Source: an uncultured candidate division Zixibacteria bacterium
GTDB lineage: Bacteria; Zixibacteria; MSB-5A5; GN15; FEB-12
Assembly: GCA_963806185.1 (NCBI GenBank)
Contig: CAWDXE010000007.1
Span: forward strand, 128,001-192,000
Length of the DNA: 64,000 bases
Direction: 5' to 3'
Shown: positions 33,186 through 42,526 of the stretch, piece by piece
Layout of the letters: every line of letters begins with the position of its first letter
How positions within the stretch are numbered: position 1 is the stretch's first letter
Notes under the pieces: generated by a model
What the model was told of the DNA's origin: nothing
What the model saw: the letters and a program-made list of their open reading frames with translations, nothing else
The model's database searches: none
Program-made: the position numbers and the translations under genes

Positions 33186-33849
33186 TTGCCTGGATGAGAA
33201 GATTGGCGCTTTGTTGCACGCCTATGAACTGGGTGTGCTCGACGACGAGCAGGAGCAGGCATTCGAGACGCATCTGCTTCAGTGCGCCTATTGCTGGAAT
33301 GAATTGAAGAATAGCCATGACGTCACCCAGCTTATCAGGGGCGATCCTCGCGTGCGTCAGGCGATTAACCGGGCGGCCGAGGGCGACGAGTCTGCTGTTT
33401 TGGCCGCTGACCCGACGCAGACCCCGCCCAGTCGACTGCGGTCGTCGCGACTTCCGCTCTATGCCGCGGCCGCGATGATACTGTTGCTCCTTTACCCGGC
33501 CTATCTCGGAATCGTTGATCGCGGTAACCCGTCAATCATGAGGACGGAACTAGTGACCCTGCTGCCGACCCGGTCGCTAACGTTGCCTGCGGTTCACAGA
33601 GCGTCCGGCGACGATGTGACGCTGACATTTCTCTACCCGGGCGCAGTACCGGGTGAGCGATACGCCGTGGCGATCAGAGACGAATCCGGCCAGGTGATCT
33701 TCTCAGATGCGGCTTTTGGACCATTCAGTGAATCCGGAACAGCGCATCTGTTACTGAGACTGAAGAGTCTGCCCGATGGTGATTATCGGCTGACCATAGG
33801 TGATCCCGAGACGCCGGCGCAAGAGTATACTTTTCGTATCACACGATAA
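33178..33849 (+). CDS. Zinc-finger (zf-HC2/ZAS) transmembrane anti-sigma factor
   Basis: FETHLLQCAYC (HxxxCxxC), one TM helix (LYAAAAMILLLLYPAYLGI), extracytoplasmic Ig-like beta domain (LPDGDYRLTI); start overlaps the sigma stop (ATGAGTAA). Confidence 0.88.
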   Translation: MSNCLDEKIGALLHAYELGVLDDEQEQAFETHLLQCAYCWNELKNSHDVTQLIRGDPRVRQAINRAAEGDESAVLAADPTQTPPSRLRSSRLPLYAAAAMILLLLYPAYLGIVDRGNPSIMRTELVTLLPTRSLTLPAVHRASGDDVTLTFLYPGAVPGERYAVAIRDESGQVIFSDAAFGPFSESGTAHLLLRLKSLPDGDYRLTIGDPETPAQEYTFRITR

Positions 33850-33903
33850 TTGAATCGGTGTGGCAACGAGAGGTGGCCGCGATCTGATTGGGCTTCGGTT
33901 CTG

Positions 33904-36900
33904 CTATTGCGGGTCGCCGACGAGCACGAAGCCGCACCAGAGGTACGGATGCGTGTGGCCGTAGCGCTGTTGGGCGTGCTTTTTGGCGAGGAGCAAAGCG
34001 CCGCGCAGGGCGTCGGCCTTCGTCGCACCGCCGGTCCAGAGGCGATAGAACTCAGTCATCGTCTCGCCGGCCACTTCATCGGGAGCATTCCACAAATTCA
34101 TAATCACGGATCGTGCGCCGGCCTGACGGAAGGCTCGGGTCAAGCCGAGCACTCCTTCGCTACGGGACACGTCGCCCGCACCAGTCTCGCAAGCTGACAA
34201 GACCACAAGCTCCGTGGCGGAAAGATTCATAGCCGAAATCTCGTAGGCGGTCAGGATGCCGTCATCCTGGGTTGATCGAGCCGCGCCGCGCAGTGTCAAG
34301 TTTGCCCCGGCCAGGGCGAGGCCCGAGCGAAGCAAGGGTGAACTCAACGATGGGAGAGCGGCGGTTTCAGCCTGGTCGCAGAAGAAGCCGTGAGTGGCGA
34401 AATGTATGATGCTGGGGCCGTTGGCAAGCAATCGCACAGAGCTCTCGGTCGCTTCCTGACCGATCCGCACCGTGGTGGGCACATTGATGCTCTCCAACAG
34501 AGTCGCGACCGAGTTGGCTTCCCGATCGGTTTGTGGCAGCGGGACAAAACCGTTGCCGAAGCAGCCGGACAGTTCCTCACTGATGGCCGCCCGAGTTTTG
34601 ATTAGTGATGATTCATTGGCAACCGGATTCTCAAAACTACCCGAGGCGTCAAATGCCGGAGCGGCGAAAATGACAGCTCGTCGAGTGGTCAGAGTAGAAG
34701 CTACGTCGGCGGCCAGGTCGCGGGAACTCGCCAGGTAGACGATGCGGTAGCCGTCGATGAATGACCGGTTACTATCCAACGCAAGCAGTTCGAAAGGGAG
34801 CAAGCCCAGCAGACCGTCAGGCGAGATATACAGCGTGCCGGGCGATGCTGAGTCACGTGCAGGCAAGGGAGGCAGCTTATGGGTAATCTGTTCGGCGATG
34901 CGCCGAATCCTCTCCTCGTGAAGGGGAGCCAGAGGCGAGTAGACACATTCGACTTCAGCGCTCACGGCTTTGCGCAGAGCAACCACCAGGCTATCGATTT
35001 CTTCTACCGGCCCCATATCCTGCAGGGCACGGACACCGGTGGCGTCGCAGACAAACACGGCATAATTCTCATCGCAGGGGCAGTTGCCGTATTGGATCGG
35101 AGAAGACGTATCGGAGGGACAATATCGGACGACATCCCACAGTACAGCCCCCGGTGCGAGCTGAGCGAATACCGTTGAATTGCTGACCGTCGGCTGATTC
35201 AGCGGGCCCTCAGACTCAAAACAAACCCTGCTCAGGCTGAGTTCAAGCGAGTCTCGTCTGGCGGCAAGAGCGGAGAGCTTGTCCGTCGCTAAGCTGGGTT
35301 GCGACTGGGTCATCTGCATATAGGTCAGATTGGCCAGTTGGCCGGAGACGCTGAGATATTCATCCAGAATCGGCCGGGCCTCTTGCGCCGAGGAACAGAG
35401 AGCGATGTGCCGCTCCGCCAGGCCGGCATCGATAGCGCGAGCCTTGGCATTGATCGTCATTTCCAACGCCGCATCTAGGTACCGCGGTTGATTCACTTGC
35501 AGAGCCAACGAGATAAGGCCGGAGTGGACCAGCGGGACGGTATTCAACCATTGCAGACGCTGGCTCTCGGTGAGGTAAGGAAAGGAGCGCTCCAACATCG
35601 AACGCTCATTCGCGATCAACTGACCGTAGAGCTGTAAGGCCGAGTCGTATTGATGAGCAGCGCAGAAAATCTCTGCGCCATTCTTCAGATATGAGCGTAC
35701 GCTGGAGTACGCGGGCGCTGTCTGTTCCTGCAGTTCCTCACGTGCCAGCCGAATGCGGGCTAATGCCTCTGGGTATCGCTTCTGCAGTGCGGCGGCCAGA
35801 CCAAGTCCAATGTGAACTGAGATACTACGCTGGTGGGTCATCGTGCCGTGTCGATTCCAAACGTCCCCGGCCATCTGAAACATTTCCGCCGCTTCCGGCG
35901 GTCGCCTGGCGGCGAGGTACAGCGTGCCAAGGCTACGGTATGCTTCTCCAGCTTGTTCAGTGTCTTGTCCCCACCCCGCACGCGCTCGGGCCAGTGCCTG
36001 CATGTAAAGCGTCTCTGCTTCGTCATATTGACACTGGATTCTTCTCAGGTCAGCCAACCCCATGAGTGGATAGCAGAGCTGAACGGTCTGGGGACCATAC
36101 ATGGATGAATCGAGAGCAGCCTCCTTATAGAAAAAGTTCTCCGCCTGTGAGTAGAGACCAAAGGATGAATATGCACCAGCAAGATAATGGTAAGTATAGG
36201 GAAGTTCCGATCGCAGCGAATCCGGCAGAGATTCGAATATTTCGATCGCTCGCTTGGCCGTCCCGATGCCTTCGTACTGGCGCCCCGAGTAGATGAGCGC
36301 GAACGAAATCTGGGCGAGCGCAATCGCCGATAATGCATGATTGGGTCCGTGCGCCTGTTCGAATGCTGTGCGCGTTTGCACCAAGGTCGATTCGGCTGCC
36401 GCCCACTCGCCGCGGGAGGTATAAAAGCTTGCGGTACTCATGAGTGCGCCGCTGATGAACCCTTCATCCTGAAGAGGAATAAGACGGACCAGACCGAGAA
36501 TCTGTTTCCAGAGCTTGATGGCCGCGTCAAAGTTGCGACGGTCGTACTCTATGCTTGCGAGTGTCGTCAAGTTGCCGGCAATGGCCGGGTAGTTCGGGGG
36601 CTCTTGAGCGAGACTTATGTTCAATGCCTGCTCAGCCAGAATTGCGGCAGTGTCGAACAGCTTTTCTTCGCTAAAATAAAATGCCCGAGCTTCCAATATC
36701 CTTCCGCGCAGGGAGTCTGCGATCACGGGGCTGCGCAGCATCGTCTCGAACGCGAGTATGCAGTGTCGTCTTGCGTCTTCATCCTGAGATTGAGAGTAAT
36801 AGTGCGAGCAAAGGAGACAATTGACTGTCGCGGAATCAGTCACTGTAAGGGTGCTGCAGCCGTCCAACGCTGACAGGGCCTTCTGTAAGATTGTGCCGGC

Positions 36901-37089
36901 GGAATCGAGGGAACCTCGATCGCAGAGACTCTCAGTTTGAGTTAGCAAATCGATGATCGCCTGGGGAGACTGAACTTGAGTTTGTAATGAGGTCTTGTCA
37001 CGGCACGCGGCGGGCAAGAATGAGACCGCACAGACGGTTAGGAGCAGAGCACAGAGGCTGGTAAGTCCGCGTGCGGCCGGTGTCTTCAT
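33904..37089 (-). CDS. TPR-CHAT (caspase-family) protease with N-terminal signal/lipoprotein-like peptide
   Basis: Kinesin-light-chain-like TPR repeats; ISPDGLLGLLPFELL, IIHFATHG (catalytic His), LVVLSACETG (catalytic Cys), HPYLWCGFVLVG; N-terminus MKTPAARGLTSLCALLLTVCAVSFLPAAC. Confidence 0.93.
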   Translation of the reverse strand: MKTPAARGLTSLCALLLTVCAVSFLPAACRDKTSLQTQVQSPQAIIDLLTQTESLCDRGSLDSAGTILQKALSALDGCSTLTVTDSATVNCLLCSHYYSQSQDEDARRHCILAFETMLRSPVIADSLRGRILEARAFYFSEEKLFDTAAILAEQALNISLAQEPPNYPAIAGNLTTLASIEYDRRNFDAAIKLWKQILGLVRLIPLQDEGFISGALMSTASFYTSRGEWAAAESTLVQTRTAFEQAHGPNHALSAIALAQISFALIYSGRQYEGIGTAKRAIEIFESLPDSLRSELPYTYHYLAGAYSSFGLYSQAENFFYKEAALDSSMYGPQTVQLCYPLMGLADLRRIQCQYDEAETLYMQALARARAGWGQDTEQAGEAYRSLGTLYLAARRPPEAAEMFQMAGDVWNRHGTMTHQRSISVHIGLGLAAALQKRYPEALARIRLAREELQEQTAPAYSSVRSYLKNGAEIFCAAHQYDSALQLYGQLIANERSMLERSFPYLTESQRLQWLNTVPLVHSGLISLALQVNQPRYLDAALEMTINAKARAIDAGLAERHIALCSSAQEARPILDEYLSVSGQLANLTYMQMTQSQPSLATDKLSALAARRDSLELSLSRVCFESEGPLNQPTVSNSTVFAQLAPGAVLWDVVRYCPSDTSSPIQYGNCPCDENYAVFVCDATGVRALQDMGPVEEIDSLVVALRKAVSAEVECVYSPLAPLHEERIRRIAEQITHKLPPLPARDSASPGTLYISPDGLLGLLPFELLALDSNRSFIDGYRIVYLASSRDLAADVASTLTTRRAVIFAAPAFDASGSFENPVANESSLIKTRAAISEELSGCFGNGFVPLPQTDREANSVATLLESINVPTTVRIGQEATESSVRLLANGPSIIHFATHGFFCDQAETAALPSLSSPLLRSGLALAGANLTLRGAARSTQDDGILTAYEISAMNLSATELVVLSACETGAGDVSRSEGVLGLTRAFRQAGARSVIMNLWNAPDEVAGETMTEFYRLWTGGATKADALRGALLLAKKHAQQRYGHTHPYLWCGFVLVGDPQ

Positions 37090-37352
37090 GGTCGAGTGTG
37101 CTTCGCCGGAAAGTACTGTTCAGTGTGCTCGACACGCGGCAAGCGTTCGTCGGAGACTATCGTGCCCAGCGGTATTATTCAAGTCTGTTTCGCGTAGAGT
37201 GTATGATCTCTCTTTTAATTATACCCTCCGTAGCGCGTCAAGTCAAGGGCGGAGTCGGCATTCGCTTCTGACAGAATCGACTTGTCCCCACAAATAATGT
37301 CAACTATGGTGACCTCGAAGAGGAACGGACGGGGAATCCCGCCGCACACGAC

Positions 37353-37835
37353 ATGGGTATGGCGGACAACATAATCATTCGATCATTTGAGAGCGGTGAG
37401 GAGACGGAAGTCAGCCGACTTATCGTCGATAATCTCATACTGGTCAACGTCATCGATTACGGGGAAGCTGCGGTCAACCAGCTGGCGATTTTCTACACCC
37501 CGGAGTGGATACTGCGTTACGCTCAGAGCTGTGAAATGCTTGTTGCACTCGCGGGTGCAGAGATCGTTGGGACGATAGCTCTGGATCACGAGCGGGTTCG
37601 CAGTCTGTTTGTGCGGATTGATCACCAAAGGCAAGGAATCGGCAAACGGCTGATGCGATTTATCGAAGAGGCGGCCCGGCGACAAGACATGAAGCAGTTG
37701 AATCTTCTCGCCAATGTGGGAGCGGTCGAGTTCTACCGGAAGCTGGGTTTCGTGCCACGGGAGAAGCGGGAGATTGAAGTAGGCGAAGCACGGCTCCTGG
37801 TGGCCTGTATGGAAAAGGCGTTGGAGAAAGCGTAA
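37353..37835 (+). CDS. GNAT-family N-acetyltransferase
   Basis: LFVRIDHQRQGIGKRL acetyl-CoA motif A; AVEFYRKLGF. Confidence 0.9.
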   Translation: MGMADNIIIRSFESGEETEVSRLIVDNLILVNVIDYGEAAVNQLAIFYTPEWILRYAQSCEMLVALAGAEIVGTIALDHERVRSLFVRIDHQRQGIGKRLMRFIEEAARRQDMKQLNLLANVGAVEFYRKLGFVPREKREIEVGEARLLVACMEKALEKA

Positions 37836-37999
37836 GCGGATTTTGCCGAAGGGGGAGCGACCCTCTTGCGTCGTCACGCATCTTCTTGTGACACAAGCGA
37901 TTGGATTGACGGGCGCCCATTCCGAAGCGATCCGTTAAAACTTGACATGGACCGTTCGAACCTTGACACTTCCCGTATATACCCAATAAGGAGAATAGA

Positions 38000-38200
38000 A
38001 TGAGAGACCAAATTGGACTTGTCGCCGGAAAGGTCTGGCGGACGCTTGAATCGAAAGGCGAACTGAGTCTGCCGCAGTTACCCAAGCAGTTGAAGGAACC
38101 TGAGACGATGGTGTACCAGGCGTTGGGTTGGCTGGCACACGAGGGGAAGGTCAGTTATCGGATCGACGGTAATCGCACTTTCGTTTCGATCGTGAAGTAG
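38000..38200 (+). CDS. Small winged-helix protein (DUF2582-like)
   Basis: IGLVAGKVWRTL...ALGWLAHEGKV signature; RBS AAGGAG. Confidence 0.8.
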   Translation: MRDQIGLVAGKVWRTLESKGELSLPQLPKQLKEPETMVYQALGWLAHEGKVSYRIDGNRTFVSIVK

Positions 38201-38384
38201 TATCCCGTGTGCGCAATACATCGTCGCCTTTTCATTGTGGCCCAGGGGCGGCGACGTGTTCGCGCCGTTCAGCTGATTTGCGGACGTCGGGTAGAGCCGG
38301 GTTTCTGCAAGGAAGGTCGATTCAGTGTCGGCAGGAGCAAGCGGCTCCTGCCCTTCGGGCCGCAGTCTTCGGAGGAATGACATC

Positions 38385-38819
38385 ATGGAAGCGCAGAATT
38401 ATGCCAATCATCGCCAGTGGGTCTTCATGTACCATGTGGTGCTGACACTCCTTGTCTTGCTCGGCCTGATCGGGTCAATTGTCAACCTGATTGTTTCGTG
38501 GGGCGACCATGCCCGATACTACAGTGCGTCATTGCTGGTGGTCGTGTTTCTCTGTCTCATGCTGCTTTATGTCTTCGCGCGGATGTTCGCTCTCAAGGCG
38601 CAAGACCGGGCGATTCGCGCCGAGGAGAATCTTCGGCATTTCGCCGTAGCGGGTAAGCTGCTCGACAGCCGCCTGTCGGTCCGGCAGATAATCGGACTTA
38701 GGTTCGCCGGCGACGATGAGTTCGTAGCGCTGGCCAAGCGGGCGGCCGAGGAGAATCTGTCCGAGGATGACATTAAGAAAGCGATTAAGAACTGGCGGCC
38801 GGACAATTACCGGGCCTAA
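38385..38819 (+). CDS. Conserved membrane protein (DUF6526-like)
   Basis: QNYANH, two TM helices, QDRAIRAEENLRH, QIIGLRFA, IKKAIKNWRPD; RBS GGAGG. Confidence 0.72.
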   Translation: MEAQNYANHRQWVFMYHVVLTLLVLLGLIGSIVNLIVSWGDHARYYSASLLVVVFLCLMLLYVFARMFALKAQDRAIRAEENLRHFAVAGKLLDSRLSVRQIIGLRFAGDDEFVALAKRAAEENLSEDDIKKAIKNWRPDNYRA

Positions 38820-38924
38820 ATATCACGTTGATCTGCGACGTCGGCCGGACAGATTGAAAGACCTGTTCGAGCACGGAATTCGTATATTCCCGAAAAGCAA
38901 ACCGACCTCGAAAGGCTCGAACCC

Positions 38925-39257
38925 ATGCCCTGGAGCAACCAGATTCAGATTGCCATTACGGTGACCGACGAACATGGCATTATCACTGACATGAATCCCG
39001 CGTCGATCGACGTCTTCGCTGCCGACGGTGGAGCAAGGCTGATCGGCACCGATGTTCTTGCCTGTCACCCGGAACCCTCCCGAGCGCAACTGGCCGAGAT
39101 GTACCGGCACCCTCAGCCGAACCACTATACCATTCAGAAGAACGGGCGTCGGAAGATCATTCACCAACTGCCGTTGTTCGAAGGATCGGTGTTTAAGGGG
39201 TATGTTGAGATAGCGATTCCGATCCCGGACGACCTGCCGCACCATAACAGAGACTGA
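38925..39257 (+). CDS. Small stand-alone PAS-fold protein
   Basis: AITVTDEHGIITDMN, LIGTDVLACHPEPS, YTIQKNGRRKIIHQLP. Confidence 0.72.
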   Translation: MPWSNQIQIAITVTDEHGIITDMNPASIDVFAADGGARLIGTDVLACHPEPSRAQLAEMYRHPQPNHYTIQKNGRRKIIHQLPLFEGSVFKGYVEIAIPIPDDLPHHNRD

Positions 39258-39363
39258 GTCGCTGTCCCTGGACGGGCAGACCGGAAGACCTGCGGTGGGC
39301 AAAGTGATGGTTTTGTGTGGGCGGGAGCACGGGGCTCCTGCCCTGCGGACTCCGCCCTCATCG

Positions 39364-40188
39364 TCAGCGGCCGAGATTGCTGAGATCGGTCCGCCTCTCC
39401 ATCTCGTACGACTGCTTCAACGGAAAATACTCGCCAAGCTTCGCCAGTAGTCCGGCAGCTTTATCCTCGCCCAATTGCTCAGCGAGGGCAGTCTGAAGTG
39501 AAGCGGCACCGTGATACTGCACAGAATCGCGCGCCAACCACAGGAGCATGCACTCGCCCTGGGTGCCGGTGTAGACATTCGTATAGACGCGACAAGCCAA
39601 GGGATATCTGGCAGCTGTCAGTGTTTCCTGCAACTCTTTCCACAGCTTCTCGAATTCGTCCCAGTGATACCAATCGATTTGGTGAATTTCCATACGGCCG
39701 ACGGCGGCGGTTACGTCAGTTAGCGAGTCGCTTCCTGACCAAACAATATCTGACTCGACCGACCGTCGCCAAATCTGGGAGCCATGCGGCGGTACGAGGG
39801 CCTCATCACCGGCATCGTAGGTTTTGACGGCGGAATCGCCGACCAAAGCCTGTGTTTGTTTGATCATTTTCCCACGGGTATCCAACTCTGTCCAGGTGCG
39901 GAAGGGGTAGAAGGTGAAGTAGGTCCGGGCAATTTTCGCATGGGCGCACCAGAACAGGGGGCGACCGTCACCGAGCAGAGTATCCCCGCGCTGTAGATTG
40001 GCCAGCCAACCCTTACGGGCGCCTTCGAACAACTGAATCTTCTGCACATCGACGTTATCAATATGAACCCATCGATATGGCGCCTGCCACTCGAGATCGC
40101 GGTGAGAAGAGAGGGTCTGGGCGTTCACGGCGAATGTAAGCAGTGTTAAGGATAACAACGAATCGCGAAGCAGAGTCAGGCCGCGCAT
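39364..40188 (-). CDS. Secreted hypothetical protein with two NIPSNAP-like alpha/beta halves
   Basis: Signal peptide ending VNA; internally repeated pattern ending RRTDLS; RBS GGAG. Confidence 0.6.
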   Translation of the reverse strand: MRGLTLLRDSLLSLTLLTFAVNAQTLSSHRDLEWQAPYRWVHIDNVDVQKIQLFEGARKGWLANLQRGDTLLGDGRPLFWCAHAKIARTYFTFYPFRTWTELDTRGKMIKQTQALVGDSAVKTYDAGDEALVPPHGSQIWRRSVESDIVWSGSDSLTDVTAAVGRMEIHQIDWYHWDEFEKLWKELQETLTAARYPLACRVYTNVYTGTQGECMLLWLARDSVQYHGAASLQTALAEQLGEDKAAGLLAKLGEYFPLKQSYEMERRTDLSNLGR

Positions 40189-40332
40189 GATAAAAGAAGC
40201 TCCTTTCCCGAGTCGGGGACGATCTTGCGGGTAGTCCCCGCCATGAATGGATTGCAGTCGTTGGAAGTTTAGGCGGTCTCCTGTCGTTTGTACAGATTTA
40301 GTTGAGGCAGGATCCAGCGAGCATTTCTAGCC

Positions 40333-40362
40333 TTGACTTAGCGGCCCACTTGCGACTACTAT
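40333..40362 (+). promoter_or_regulatory. Putative sigma-70 promoter for the OPT gene
   Basis: TTGACT-N18-TACTAT. Confidence 0.4.
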
Positions 40363-40410
40363 GACGATCAGAAAATAACTTCCCCGTCACCCTGGATCAC
40401 GGAGGTCCGT

Positions 40411-42226
40411 GTGTCACAACGTCCGGAAATTACCTGGCAATCGATCAGTGGAGCCATCATCGTTTCGGCGGTGGTTTCGATGGCGTACCCGTATATCGTG
40501 CTCAAGCTCGGCATGGGGCCGAACATGAGTGTCATCGCCGCCTTTCTGGGCGCCGTCTTTCTGGCTGTGACCGCCCGAGCCACGGCCGGGCGAAATGCGG
40601 TCCAGAACAACATCATCCAATCGGCGGCGACGTCGGCCGTCTCCACGGCGTTCATGTGCGTGGTAGCGGCGGCGTTCGGGTATCTGGCGATGAACGAGTC
40701 GGTCGATGTACACCTGACTATCACGCCTTGGCAGATGTTTACGTGGCTGTGCTGTTCCGGGGCGATCGGTGTGTTCATGTCGGCGATGTTTCGCAAGTAT
40801 TTCGTCGATGATCCGGAGATGATTTTTGCCGACGGCGTCGCGGCGGCCGAGACAATAAATGTTCTCGACCAGGGGACGGCGGCCGGGGCAGCGGTTTGCC
40901 GTGCTCGGTATCGGCACGATTTTCGGCGCCGTTCTCGCGTTTTTGCGCGACGGTCTGGCATGGATCGGCACGCTCGGTCTGGCGATGCGGTACCGGATTG
41001 GCATCGAATGGGGTTTCCTGAACATTGGCACCGGCATGTTGATCGGTCTGCATGTCGGCGTGTCGATGTTGCTCGGCACCCTGGTGGTTTGGATATTTGC
41101 GCCGATGGTGATGGAGCGGGCGGGGATGTTTATCGTGCAGAACTCCGTCGCGCCCCAATACTGGCCGCAGGTGCAGGCGCTGATGAATGTGGCGCAGCTT
41201 TCCCCGGAACAGACGGCGTTTCTGCACCAGCACGGCGGTCTCATGGCGAATTACCTTTCCGACAGCCACTTTGCGATCATCATGCTCTGGTTCATGTGGC
41301 CGGCGACGGCACTTATGATATTCGCGGCCATGACGGCGGTGGTGCTGAAGTGGCGGTCTATTGTGACCATGTTCCGGGAGCTTCGCGCGGCGAAGGCCCC
41401 CGGGCACGAGCGGGTCGATGTGTCGCTGCGGACGATCATAATCATGACAACACTGCTGACTATTCTGATGGCTTATGTCCAGCAAGTGCACTTCCAGATG
41501 CCCTGGTGGCAGACGATTGCGTCGGTGTTAGCCGGTTTCCCGCTGATTCTGGTGGGTGTGCGCGTGCTCGGGGAAACCAACAACGGGCCGGTGTCATTGA
41601 TGGCCAATACGCTGCAGGCGATTTTCCGCGTGTTTTCACCGGCTATCAGTCATAACCTGGTTGCTGCCGGCATGGCGGGAAATATCAACTCGCAAGGGGA
41701 GGGGTTGATGCAGGTGTTCAAGACCGGCAAGCTGGTCGGCTCGACCCCCCGTATCCTGACCTGGGTGCAGTTTTGGGCGGTACCAATCGGGGCGGCGGCG
41801 GTGGCGATCATGTATCCTCTGCTCATTGCGCGGTATGGACTCGGCGGTGATGGTCTGGCGGCGCCGACGGGACTGAAACTGGCCAACATGGCCGTGCTGA
41901 TGTCCAAAGGGGTCTCGGCGTTTCCTCCGGGAGCGTTGCTCTGGACGGTGATCGCGGCAGTGGCGGGTGTGCTGATGGCACTCGGTCAGGGAAAACTGGG
42001 GTGGCGCTGGATACCAAGTGCGGCCGGTTTCGGCTTTGCACTGATTTTGCCCGGCACGCTGAATCTGCCGATTGCGTTGGGCTCAATCATCGGGTGGATC
42101 TGGATGAAGATGTCACCGGTATCGTATGAGAAGAACTATGTAACGATTGCGTCGGGGTTTATCGCCGGTGAGGCGCTCATCGCCGGGCTGATCCTGCCGC
42201 TGTTGTTCTATTTCGGATTATTTTAA
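40411..42226 (+). CDS. OPT-family oligopeptide transporter (+1 frameshift in the G-run at ~40885)
   Basis: YIVLKLGMGPN, NNIIQSAA, FADGVAAAETI in the first frame; GETNNGP, FKTGKLVG, ASGFIAGEAL in the second; removing one G joins them; GTG start with GGAGG. Confidence 0.85.
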
Positions 42227-42242
42227 TTCTGATATTGAGCAT

Positions 42243-42277
42243 AAAGGGCCGGGCAGCGACTTGTTGCCCGGCCTTTT
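42243..42277 (+). terminator. Intrinsic terminator after the OPT gene
   Basis: AAAGGGCCGGGCAGC-gactt-GTTGCCCGGCCTTTT. Confidence 0.7.
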
Positions 42278-42526
42278 GTCGTCTGCTTTGCCGACCGGTC
42301 GGAGCAGATTGATCATTGCCGGAATTCCTCAGAATCCGCCGTTCCATGCGGCTCTCCATCAATAACATTTCCCCAGTATTTGCCGATATCAGATACGAAA
42401 GGGGCTATGGCCCTACATACCTCGTCGAGAGATTTTGGCGTGGGACATTTCTCATCTGCCAATGACTCTCATCGCACACCGAGGCCAACGGCAATGTGAC
42501 ATATTGATCAAACGAAAGCGGAGACC

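Noticed and set aside
33904..37089. Type III-E CRISPR (Craspase) locus
   Set aside because: No Cas7-11 or other cas genes and no regularly spaced repeat-spacer array seen
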